Positions 1-10,975 of a stretch of 64,000 nucleotides of DNA are shown here, piece after piece. The notes under the pieces were generated by a model that saw only the letters and a program-made list of their open reading frames with translations, had not been told where the DNA came from and did not search any database. This stretch comes from Vicugna vicugna. Its lineage: Eukaryota. The position numbers and the translations under genes are program-made. The stretch spans positions 2,172,001-2,236,000 of the forward strand of contig MU058687.1 of NCBI GenBank assembly GCA_013265495.1. The letters are read 5' to 3'. Position 1 is the first letter of the stretch, and every line of letters begins with the position of its first letter.

Positions 1-349
1 TTAAGCCTAAAAATACTTAACAAGTTGTCCCTTATAGAGGTTTATGGCCCAAATTTATACTAGTGTGATCCAAAATACTGCACATAGGAATTTAATTTAC
101 AGTAGACCTGGGTAGGTAGTAACCCCAGATGACTGGCAGAAGCAAACACACATTCTCTCTGGAGGAATGAAACTTCAATCTAGGTAGCAAAGAACTCCCA
201 CAGTTAAAAGTTACAGAGACTATGGGTGGCTTGCAGTTAAAAACCACAAACCAAAGAAGGAGATCGGATACCATGAGTGCAAGCAACCAGAAACAACACA
301 CAGGAGAATCAGACTCACAAACACCTTAGATATGGTACTTATTAGCACA

Positions 350-2180
350 GAATATAAACTACATGTTTTAAATATATGAGAAGCTTCAAAACACCAGGCT
401 ACAAAAGCGTATTACTTATGAAAGGGGGTGATGAGAGTTAAAGTGTCCTACTGCTCCTTAATTGTTCAAGAGGAGAGTAGAGTTTTATTAACTTTGGACT
501 TTAGGTAAGTAGACATGTTAAAATACTTGGAGTAACCATTAAAAGAATAAATATGGAGAATATAGCATTTAAACTAATATAGGGGAAAGAATGTTAAAGA
601 GAAAAACTAGAAAAGTGAGAAAAAGAAAAAGCATACAATAAGATGGTAAAAAAAATTGAAGTATAGTAGTAAATATGTCAGTTAAGTATAAATAAATGAA
701 ACTGTCCAGTTGAAATATAAAGCCTGTAATACTGGACTTAAAAAATACAGCTATATGTTATTTATAAGGGATATGTCTAAAACAAAGTCACAGAAAGATT
801 GAAAAGGAAAAAGATGGGAAAAATGTAAGAGGCAGATAGCAGAGAAAGTAAGGATATTCTCTACAAAGTAATAAACATTGGTTCAATTACTGATAAATGG
901 CTCAGTTTACCAGGGAGATACACTAATTCTCAACTAAGCTTAATGTAGGTTAGGTAACTTGAGTTTAGTTGAGCTTAACTACGCTCAACAGCTTCAATAC
1001 ACATAAGCAGTACTAAGTTAAAAATACCCTCTTTCTGTAATTGATATGACAAGTGGACAGAAACTGTTGTGACTGTAAAATATTTAAAGAGCAAAATAAA
1101 TAAGCTTGGCAGTATGGACATGAAGAGACTATCACACCCAAGAATTTGAAGAGTTACACATAATTTTCAAGCACAGACTGAACATTTACAAAACTTGACT
1201 CTTAGACCATAAAGCAAACTTCCAGTAAATTCCAAAGATTAGAGCCACATAGATCACACTCTCTAATCACAACGAAAGTAAATTAAAAAGTCAATGACAA
1301 CAATAACAAAAAAGGAATGCCTTTGGAAACTTAATAACATATCTAAATGAATGAATCAGTAAAAAAATCCTAATGGAAATTAGAACATACTTACAACTGA
1401 ATTATACAAAAATTCTATGGATTAACACTCTTGGGATACAGCTAAAGGGACAGAGGAAAATTTATGGTCTGGAATGTTTTGAGTTTGAGAAGAAGAGAGG
1501 ACTGAAAATTTATGAGGTAAGCTTTCAACATTTTTACACTTACTAAAAGAACAACATTATTTTTCCAGAGGAGAAGAGTAACTCGGAGAAGATAAAAGTA
1601 AAAAAATTATAGTACTGAGATCAGAATTTAATGATACAGAAAATAAACATATACTTCTTTAGTTAAGAAAAAATAAGGAAGGCACAAAAATATTAGGAAT
1701 GAAAAGGGTATATAATTACAGATTCAGCAGAGATTTTAAAGTTAGTAAGGTAATATTGTGACAACTTTAGCTCATAAATTTGAAAGCTTAGGCAAAATGG
1801 ACATTATCAAACTCAATTAGGAGAAACAGAAATCTTGATCATTAAACACATCTAGTACATAGTTTAAAATCTGAGACTGTATATTCTTCATAGAAAGACT
1901 TAGTATGATCCACCTAAAATGCTGGAAATGTCCAGTTCTTTCTGGAGCTAGGCATTAGGCATGCTGATGATCAAGTTCATTTGGAAGAGCAAATGAGCAG
2001 GACTAGCCCAAGATGACCCTAAAAAAAGAGCACTTGGAAAGGAGAGGTATTAAAACATAAAGCCTCTAAAACTGAAAATGTGGTACAGGCACATGAATAG
2101 ACAGACCAATGCAACAAAATGGAAAATTCAGAAATACACCCAGTTACACATGAAAATTCAAGATGTAATAAAGGTGGTAC
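350..2180 (+). mobile_element. Old degenerate L1 (L1M-type) ORF2-region fragments
   Basis: A-rich sequence with L1 ORF2-like stretches (e.g. ctctaatcacaacg at the SDH-like position, tggtacaggcacatgaatagacagaccaatg). Appears to resume after ~5240. Confidence 0.7.
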
Positions 2181-2730
2181 CATCAAACACATAAATCAGT
2201 GGAACAGAATAGCAGGTTCAGAAATAAACCCACATGACTATAGTCTATTATAATTTATGACAAAGGATGCAAAGATATATAATGGAGAGAAGAGTCTTTT
2301 CAATAAATGGTACTGGGAAAACTGGAAAGCTACACATGAAACTATGAGATTAGAACATTTCCTCACACCATATACAAAAATGAACACAAAATTAAAGGCC
2401 TAAATGTTAAGACCTGAAACCATAAAATTCCTAGAAAAGAATACAGGCACAACACTCCTTGACATAAATCGTAGCAATATTTTTTTGGCTCTGTCTCTGA
2501 AGGCAAAAAAATCAAAACAAAAATTAAAAAATGAGACCTAATTAAATTTAAAAGCTTTTCACAGCAAAGGAAACCATTCACAAAATGAAAAGACTACATA
2601 CTGAATGGGAGAAAATATTTGCAAATGATGTGATCAACAAGGGGTTAATAACCAAAATACATTAACAGCCCATACAACTCAACATCAGGGAAAAAAAAAA
2701 AAAACAAAACCTGATTTAAAAATAGGCAGA

Positions 2731-2868
2731 CAGCAGGAAAAAAGTGACAATGAATATATGTATGTTCATGTATAACTGAAAAATTGTGCTCTACACTGGA
2801 AATTTGACACAACGTTGTAAGATGACTATAACTCAATAAAAAAACTAAAAATAAATAAATAAATAATA
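2731..2868 (+). mobile_element. Short 5'-truncated young L1 3' tail with 12-bp TSD
   Basis: TSD AAAATAGGCAGA at 2719-2730 and 2869-2880; A/AAAT tail; same family as the insert at 8488-8717. Confidence 0.85.
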
Positions 2869-3329
2869 AAAATAGGCAGAAGACCTGAATAGACATTTTT
2901 CCAAAGAAGACAATCAGTTGGCCAACTGGCACATACAAAGATACTCAACATCGTTAATCAGAGAAATGCAAATTAAAACCACAAGGAGATATCACCTCAC
3001 ACCAGACAGAATGACTGTCATCAAAAAGAAAACACATAACAAATGTTGGCAAGGTTGTTGAGAAAAGGGAGCCCTCATACATAGCCAGTGGGAATGTAAA
3101 CTGGTGCAGCCACCATGGTAAACAGTATGGATATTTCTCAAAAAACTAAAAATAGAATTACCATATAACCCAGCAATTCCACTCCTGGGTATTTATCTGA
3201 AAAAAAAGAAAAAGGAAAAAACACTAATTCAAAAAGATACATGCACCCCAGTGTTCATAGCAGCATTTTTTACAATTGCCAAGATACAGAAGCAACCTAA
3301 GTGACTATCGATAGATGAATGAATATGTG

Positions 3330-3331
<2 letters not shown>

Positions 3332-3366
<35 letters not shown>
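3332..3366. repeat. (CA)n microsatellite
   Basis: Direct read. Confidence 0.95.
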
Positions 3367-3368
<2 letters not shown>

Positions 3369-3898
3369 GGAATACTACTTAGCCAGAAAAAGAACAAAAT
3401 CTTGCCATTTGCAACAATGTGGATGGACTTGGAGGGTATTATGCTAAGTGAAATAAGTCAGACAGAGAAAGACATATACTGTATATCACTTATATGTAGA
3501 ATCCAAAAAATACAACAAACTAGTAAATTTAACAAAAAAGAAACAAACTCACTGATAAAGAGAACAAACTAGTGGTGACCAATTGGGAGAGGAAGGGGGA
3601 AGGACAAGATAGGGTAGGAGATTAAGAGGTTTAAACTACTGTGTATAAAATAAATAAGCTACAAGGACATATTGTATAACAGAGAATATAACCAACATTT
3701 TATAATAACTATAACTAGAATATAATCTTTAAACATTGTGAATCACTGTGTTGTACGCTGGAAACTTATATAATATTGTACATCAACTATACCTCAATTA
3801 AAAAAGTATGGATTTCCCTCAAAAAACTAGAAATAGAATTACCACATGATCCAGCAATTCCACTCCTAGGTGGAATTATATATATATTAAAAAAAAGA

Positions 3899-4637
3899 GG
3901 ACCGAGTCTTGGGAGAGCGTGGCTGCGGCTCCCTACGTGGGAATCCGGAATGGCAACTCTGATCTTTGTTGATAAGGAAAATGGAGAACCAGGCACCCGT
4001 GTGGCTCCTAAGGACGGGCTGAAGCTGGGGTCTGGGCCTTCAGTCAAAGCTTTGGACGGGAGGTCGCAGGTTTCAACACCACATGTTGGCAAAATGTTTG
4101 ATGCTCCACCAGCCTTACCTAAAACTGCCAGAAAGGCTTTGGGAACTGTCAACAGAGCTACAGAAAAATCAGTAAAGACTAATGGACCCCTCAAACAGAT
4201 ACAGACAACCTTCTCTACCAAAAAGATCACTGAGAAGACCGTGAAAGCAAAAAGCTCTGTTCCTGCCTCAGATGACACCTATCCAGAGATAGAAAAATTC
4301 TTTCCCTTCAATCCACTAGATTTTGAGAGTTTCGACCTGCCTGAGGAGCACCAGATTGCTCAGCTCCCCTTGAATGGAGTGCCTCTCATGATGCTGGATG
4401 AGGAGAGACACTTGGAACAGCTGTTACACCTGGGCCCCCCTTCGCCTCTGAAGATGCCTCCTCCACCGTGGGAGTCTAATCTGTTGCAGTCTCCCTCGAG
4501 CATTCTGTCAACCCTGGATGTTGAATTGCCACCTGTTTGCTACGACTTCGATATTTGAATTTCTTAGCACTTTATCGTTTGTGTGTATGTATTAATAGTT
4601 TGTATTAATAAAGCTGTTCTTTAACAAAAAAAAAAAA
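3899..4637 (+). pseudogene. PTTG1: Whole PTTG1 retroposed mRNA (5'UTR + CDS + 3'UTR + poly(A))
   Basis: CpG-rich 5'UTR 3899-3949, AATAAA 4607-4612, A-tail 4626-4637. AAAAAAAAGA occurs at 3889-3898 and again at the end of the tail, preceded by a TT|AAAA L1-endonuclease-type site. Host L1 sequence is colinear across the insertion. Confidence 0.92.
3950..4558 (+). CDS. PTTG1: Securin (PTTG1) processed retrocopy with intact full-length 202-aa ORF; retrogene or young processed pseudogene
   Basis: ATG at 3950 to TGA at 4558 reads [15 protein letters not shown]...RKALGTVN...[23 protein letters not shown]...[13 protein letters not shown]...[11 protein letters not shown]. It contains the KEN box, D-box (RKALGTVN), separase-binding segment and PxxP motifs. 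No introns, stops or frameshifts. Confidence 0.95.
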   Translation: MATLIFVDKENGEPGTRVAPKDGLKLGSGPSVKALDGRSQVSTPHVGKMFDAPPALPKTARKALGTVNRATEKSVKTNGPLKQIQTTFSTKKITEKTVKAKSSVPASDDTYPEIEKFFPFNPLDFESFDLPEEHQIAQLPLNGVPLMMLDEERHLEQLLHLGPPSPLKMPPPPWESNLLQSPSSILSTLDVELPPVCYDFDI

Positions 4638-5444
4638 GAAAGAAAAAACTAATTTGAATGTTCATAGCAGCATTATTTATAATTGCCAAGATATAGAAGC
4701 AACCTAAGTATCCATCAACAGATAAATTGATAAAGAAAATATGGTATATACACCTATCTCTCTGTATATATACCTACACACAATGGAGTATTTCTCAGCC
4801 ACAGAAAGGAATGAAATTCTGCCATTTGCAACAATGTGGATGGACCTAGAGAGTAGTATGTTAAGTGAAATAAATCAAGCAGAGACAGACAAACACTATA
4901 TGTCTGTTTTATCACATATGTGGAATCTAAAAAATAAAACAAGTGAATGTATATAACAAAACAAAAAGACTCACAGATAGAGAAAAACTAATGGATGCTA
5001 GTGGGGAGAGGAAAGGAGGAAGGGGCAAGATACGGGTATGGAATTAAGAGATACAAATTACTATGTATAAAATAGATAAGCAACAAGGATCTACTATAGA
5101 GCAGAGGGAAGTATAGTCATTGTTTTGTAGTAACAGTAAATGGAGAATAATCTATAAAAATATTGAATCATCATGTTGTACACCTGAAACTGATATAAAA
5201 TATTGTAAATCAACTATACTTCCAATAAAAAATTAAATCAAAGTGGTGCTTTAAGCCAGTAGGGGAAAAGATGGACTATAAAATGAATAGTATTAGGATT
5301 ACTGGACAGCCACATGGAAAATGAAAATTGATCTGTTCCTCACACTATATGCCAGAATAGTTTTCAAATTGATCGGAGTTTTAACTGTATAACATTAAAC
5401 CATACAATTGCTAGAAAAATATCAGATGAATTCCTCAGTAGACT

Positions 5445-5620
5445 GGCTGGTCCAAATCTGTGAGTCTATTTTTGGGCTGCTAGGAGCTAAGTAAGAGTGG
5501 TTTTTTTCAATTCTGAAGGGTTTAGTAAACAAGACGGAGGACGAAAGGGACATGAACTTATCTGGTTGCAGATACTAAAATATTTACCAAAATATTTTTT
5601 TGAAAGGTTGTCAGTCCCTG
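5445..5620. mobile_element. MER58-like hAT-Charlie DNA transposon remnant
   Basis: ggagctaag...gtggttttt and aaatatttacc...gtcagtccctg resemble the MER58 consensus. Confidence 0.5.
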
Positions 5621-6169
5621 TTCTGTAACCTGGGAGTGATGAAACTTTCCTAACAGTACTGGTTGGTTATTGTATAATAATGCCACTGAGCTCAGCTGGG
5701 GCAGCACTGCTCCACATGTCTTTCAGTCTCCTTGGACCAAGAGGAAAATATTCTCCACCCATTTGGTGGGAAGGATTGTAAATTCACATGGCAAAGCGTG
5801 GGGACACAGAGAAGGATGAAGATTGGGGCCAATAATGTAATCCTCCAGACTAAATATGACTTAAAAATCCAGATACAACAGAGATATATTCGATTATGCT
5901 AAAAAAAAAAAAAACCAACCAACCAACCCCTCAAACCCCCTTTGCTTCCAAAACATACCAAAGTAAAGTAAAATACAAGTGTTAATTCGGAAAACATACT
6001 TGCAATTTATTAAACGGATTAAGGGCTAATATCCCTAATTTATAAAGAGCTTTAAAAATAGAGACGTTCCTTTAGGAAAATAGGGGAGGGGTATGAAAAG
6101 ACAGTTCACAGAAGAACAATGCAAATATCCCTTAACCATAAAAAAAGGTGATCAACTTTCCACAGTTAT

Positions 6170-6322
6170 CTGATTTTCACAACAACCTAGTGAGGTGGAT
6201 AATTCTTATCAGCCCTATTTTACAAACAAGGAAACTGAGTCAAAAAGAGATAAAGTATCCTGCCTGAACTCAACTAATAATTAATGGTGCTAAGATTTGA
6301 ACCCAGTCAGGCTAGCTCTAGA
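6170..6322 (-). mobile_element. MIR SINE
   Basis: cacaacaacctagtgagg...attttacaaacaaggaaactgag...gatttgaacccagtc (MIR core). Confidence 0.8.
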
Positions 6323-6324
6323 TA

Positions 6325-7975
6325 AAAGAGTAGTTCACCATGACTAAGTGAGGCTTATTTCAGGAACACAAGGATCATTTAATATTAAGACTAGCTGGGT
6401 GTTTCCTTAATATGATAAAATATATTTATCTCAATCCAAAGCCAGCATCATGCTTAATTGAGAATTAGAGAGCAATTTCATTAAAATCAGAAACAAGACA
6501 AAGAGGTCCACTAACCATCATCATTATTTAAAATTGTTCTGTAGGACTCAGACAAAACAATTAGAGAAGTGAAAGAAATTAAAGGCATAGAGATTAGAAA
6601 GGATAAAATTATAATTTGCAGATAATGTGATTGGGCTGTTTGCCTAGAAACTAAAGAGGACTAACCAAAAACTTACAAACAAAATGAGAATTGAATAAAA
6701 TAGATGGGTACAAAATTAATTTTCAGGAAACAATAGCCTTTGTATGCACAATGTCCAGTTACATGCTCTAAGGAAAAAAAAGACCATTTTATAACAGCAG
6801 CAGAAAACATAGATGTAAAATACTTAGGAATAAAATATTATTTTTAGAAAATTTAAAATGTTAATGAGGGACATAAAACAAGATCTGAACCAATGGGAAG
6901 ACATACCATATTCTTGTGTAGGAACAAGCAGCATCATAAAGATGTCACCTTTTCTTAATCTATAAATTTAATGTGATATCCAATAAAAATACCAATAGAA
7001 TTCTTTAAAATTTACACAAGCTGATTCTGACATTCATATAGAAAAATAAATAATCAAGAATATCCAGGAAAGAAAGGGATGGTAGTAGAAGGAGATTATA
7101 GACATTTAAAAAAATTTAAGTCTACAGCGATTAAAACAAAGTGGTAATAATTTGTGAATAGACGGATCAGAACCAACAGAATGGTTCAGAAATAGATCTA
7201 AATACGTAAGGGAGTTGAATATGTGATAAAGGTGGCTTATCAATCAATGGGGAAACAATTATTCAGGAAATGGGGACCACTGAATAGTGTTCTGGGGAAA
7301 AAAATTAAGTTGAATCCATACTTCACTCCTTACATCAAGACAAATTGCACAGTTCAAAAATTTAAACATGAAAAATAAAACTCTAAATATACTAGAGAAA
7401 AAAGGAAAATTCTTTTATAACTTAAGAGTGGGGAAGGCTTTTCTAAGTATGTCACACACCCTAGAAACCATAAAAGATTGGTAGATTAGACTTTGCAGAG
7501 ATAAAAAATTTCTTCATGACAATAACACCATAGGCACATATAAATGAGAACCTGTATAAGATACTTGTAAATCCAACAAGATGAAGGCTAGTTTACCTAA
7601 TAAAAAAAGAACATCCTAGAATAAAAATAAATAGATTAGCAATCCAATATAAAAATGGGCAAAAGAAGTTAACAGGCATTTCATTGGAGAGAAAACACAA
7701 ATAACTCTTAATGCATATGAAAATATGCTAAACCTCAGTTATAATAAGGTAAATTTTCCACCTATCAAAAATACTAAAGTTTGATAACATGTCATAATAG
7801 TAAACATGTAGTTAAACAGGCACTTTCATACATTGTATAAGTTAGTACACACTGTGGAGGTTGACAATATCTATCAAAATTACAAAAGTACATTACATCT
7901 TTTAACACAGCCATCTTAGAAATTTTTCCTGCAGATCCAATTGTAGGCATGTGAAGTGACTTATGAGCATGGCTG
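6325..7975 (+). mobile_element. Old L1 ORF2/3' fragments
   Basis: L1 RT-region-like sequence including tttgcagataatgtgattg at the FADD-like position (~6615-6635). Confidence 0.7.
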
Positions 7976-8487
7976 ATCATTAGAATTCACTAGAGATGAG
8001 TCAGGTTCAGTGCAGGAGCAAGGGGAAGAGATTATACAAGGATTTGAATATCAAGAGGTGGGAATCATTCGGGATCACCTTAAAGAAGCTACTTACCACT
8101 TGGATATTTTTAAAAACCTAACTATACACTGCTTTCAAGAGGCACACTTTTAAGTGTAAAGACAAAGATTGAACGTAAAAGAATGAAATAAGATACAAGC
8201 TAAGACTAACCAAAAGGAGTCTGATGTAGTTGCACAAATATCAGTCAAGGTAAATGTAAGTCAAGAAGCATTACTGAAGCTACAGAGGGCCAGTTCATAA
8301 AAATAAAAAGACAAATCTATCAGGAAGATATAATAATCCTATATTTTGATGCATTTAATAGTTCAGTTTTAAAAAGTGGATAGCACAATTACAGAACTAT
8401 AGGGATCTGGTGGTACAAAGGGTGAAAAAAATAAGAATATGGAAGATTTCAACAACATGAGTAACAAATTTAATCTAATTGGCTTTC

Positions 8488-8717
8488 TTTTTTTTTCTGG
8501 TGTTTTTTTTTATTTTTTATTTTTTTTACATTTTTTATTGATTCATAATCATTTTACAGTGTTGTGTCAAATTCCAGTGTTCAGCACAATTTTTCAGTCA
8601 TTCATGGACATATACACACTCATTGTCACATTTTTTTCTCTGTGATTTATCATAACATTTTGTGTATATTTCCCTGTGCTGTACAGTGTAATCTTGTTTA
8701 TCTATTCTACAATTTTG
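8488..8717 (-). mobile_element. Short young L1 3' tail, antisense, with 17-bp TSD
   Basis: TSD TAATCTAATTGGCTTTC (8471-8487) / TAATCTAATTGACTTTC (8718-8734); poly(T) at the left end. Confidence 0.88.
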
Positions 8718-9809
8718 TAATCTAATTGACTTTCATACTATACTACAATCAACATTGTCAGCATACATATTCTTTCTAAGCATTCATGGAACATTTACCA
8801 AAATTTACCATATGCTAGTAAGTCTCAAAGAGTTCTAAAATCTCAAAAACCATGTTCTTTGACCAAAGTAAGATTAAGGTAGTAATCACCAACAAAAAAG
8901 ATAACTAGAAAGCCCCAAAATATTTGGAAATTGAGCAATATACTTCTCAATGACCAATAATTCAAAAAGAAATTATAATGAACATTAGTCAATTATTTTG
9001 AACTAAATGACAAAAATATAACATATCAAAACTTGTAGAACAAAGCTAAAGATGTGCTTAAAGGGAAATTTGTTTCTTAAATATGCATATAATAAATGAT
9101 AACAAAGGCTAAAAATCAATCTAAGTTTCCATCTCAAGAAGTAGAATATTATTAAATCCAAACAGAAGATTGGAGAAAATAATGAAGGTAATAACAGAAA
9201 TTACTGAAATAGAAAAAATATATAAAAGAAAATCAGCAAATCTAGAGGCTGGTCCTCTGAGACGTCTAATACAATTGATAAACTGCTAGCAAGAAAAAAA
9301 ATGTCTAGATGAAGAAAATAAGAAAAAAGAAGGTACAAATTACCAATGTCATAAGTGTATATTACAAACCAACTTCATGCCAATAAATCTGAAAATCCAC
9401 GTGAAATGGAACTTCTAGGAAAACACAATTACCAACTTAAGAGGAAAAAGAAGATGTGAATGTTTTATATCTGTTTAAGAAATTGAGTCTGTAACTAGAA
9501 CCTCTGCACAAAGAAATCTCCAGGTCTAGATTTCTTCCCTTGCAATTTCTTCTAACATTTAAAGAAATGACACCAATCTTACACATACTCTTCCAAATAA
9601 TGGAAAAAGAATAATTTCCTACTCATTTTGAGGCCACCATAATTTTAATACCAAAAGATGACAAGTGCATTACAAGAAGGAAAATTACAGGCTAATATTT
9701 ATCATGAACATACTTACAAATACCATAAATAAAATATTAGCAAGTAGAGTCCAATTATATGGTTTTATTTTAGGAATGCAAGTTTGGCTTACCATTATAA
9801 AATCATCAG

Positions 9810-10975
9810 TATGCAAAAATTAAATTAAAATGGATCAAAAACCCAAAGGTAAGACCTAAAATATAAAACTCTTAGAAGAAAACATAGTGTAAATCTTCAT
9901 GATGTTGATTAGGCAATTGTTTCTTAGATATGACACCAAAAGCACAACCAAAGAAAAAATAGATAAATTGGGCTTCATTTAAAATTTAAACTTTTGTGCT
10001 TCAAAAGATAGTATCAACTGAATGAAAAGACAGCCCACAGAGTAGGAGGAAATATTTGCAACTCATATATCTGATAAGGGTCTAGAATTCAAAATATTTA
10101 AATCATTCTTACAACTAAGCAACAAAAAGACAAACAACCCAACTTAAAAAAAAAAAAGAAAAAGAAAAAGGGCAAAGGACTTGAATCAACATTTCTTCAA
10201 AGAAGATATACAAATGGCCAATAAGCACATGAAAAGATGTTCAACATCATTAATCATTAAGGAAATGTAAATCAAAACCACAATGAGATACTTCTTCACA
10301 CCCAAGAAGAAGACAATAATTTAAAAATACAGATGATAACAAGTGTTGGCAAGGATATGGAGAAAATGGAGCTCTCAATAAATTGCTAGTGGGAATGTAA
10401 AATTGTGTAGCCACTTTGGAAAACAGTTTGACAGCTCCTCAAAAAGTTAATCACTGGTTAAGTTACCACATGATCCAGGAATTTTACTCCTAAGTATATA
10501 CTCAAGAATTGAAAACCTATGTCCCTGTGTTCATAGCAGTATTATTCATAATAGCCAAAAAACAGAAAAACCCAGATGTCCATTGATTAATGAATGGATA
10601 AACGAAATGTGGTTATTCAGCCATGAAAAGGAATGAAGTACTAATTCATGCTACAGTGTGGATGAACCTTGAGAACATTATGCTAACCAAAGGAAGTCAG
10701 ACACAAAAGGTCACATGTTATGATTCCACTTATACAAAATGACAATAGGCAAATCTATATAGACAGAAAGTAGATTAGTGACTACCATAGGCTGGAGGGA
10801 GAGGCTAACAGAGAATGACCACTAATGCATAGGGAGTTTCTTTCTGGGTTTATAAAAATGTTCTGAATTAGAGGCTGGTGAGGCTTTCACAGCTTTATAA
10901 ATATACTAAAATCCACTGAATTGTACACTTGAAAAGGATGAACATTATGGTATATGAATTATATCAATTTAAAAA
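9810..10975 (+). mobile_element. L1MB-like 3' end nested in the older L1
   Basis: Abrupt jump to L1 3' sequence ending ..tgaattatatcaatttaaaaa; host ORF2 resumes at ~10976. Confidence 0.75.

Larger units (their letters stand above)
2183..3806 (+). mobile_element. L1 3' portion (ORF2 C-terminus and 3'UTR)
   Basis: Canonical L1 3' sequence (atgcaaattaaaaccaca, cccagcaattccactcctgggt, ttgcaacaatgtggatggacttggagggtattatgctaagtgaaataagtcagacagag) ending in an A-run. Confidence 0.9.
3807..5235 (+). mobile_element. Second L1 3' end (different 3'UTR) hosting the PTTG1 retrocopy
   Basis: Restarts at gtatggatttccctcaaaaaac, homologous to 3125, is interrupted at 3899-4637, and ends caactatacttccaataaaaaa. 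Confidence 0.88.

Noticed and set aside
3776..3949. 260-aa ORF as an N-terminally extended protein
   Set aside because: Begins at TTG in L1 sequence; the real start is the ATG at 3950.
3787..4278. 163-aa antisense ORF
   Set aside because: Shadow of the PTTG1 coding strand.
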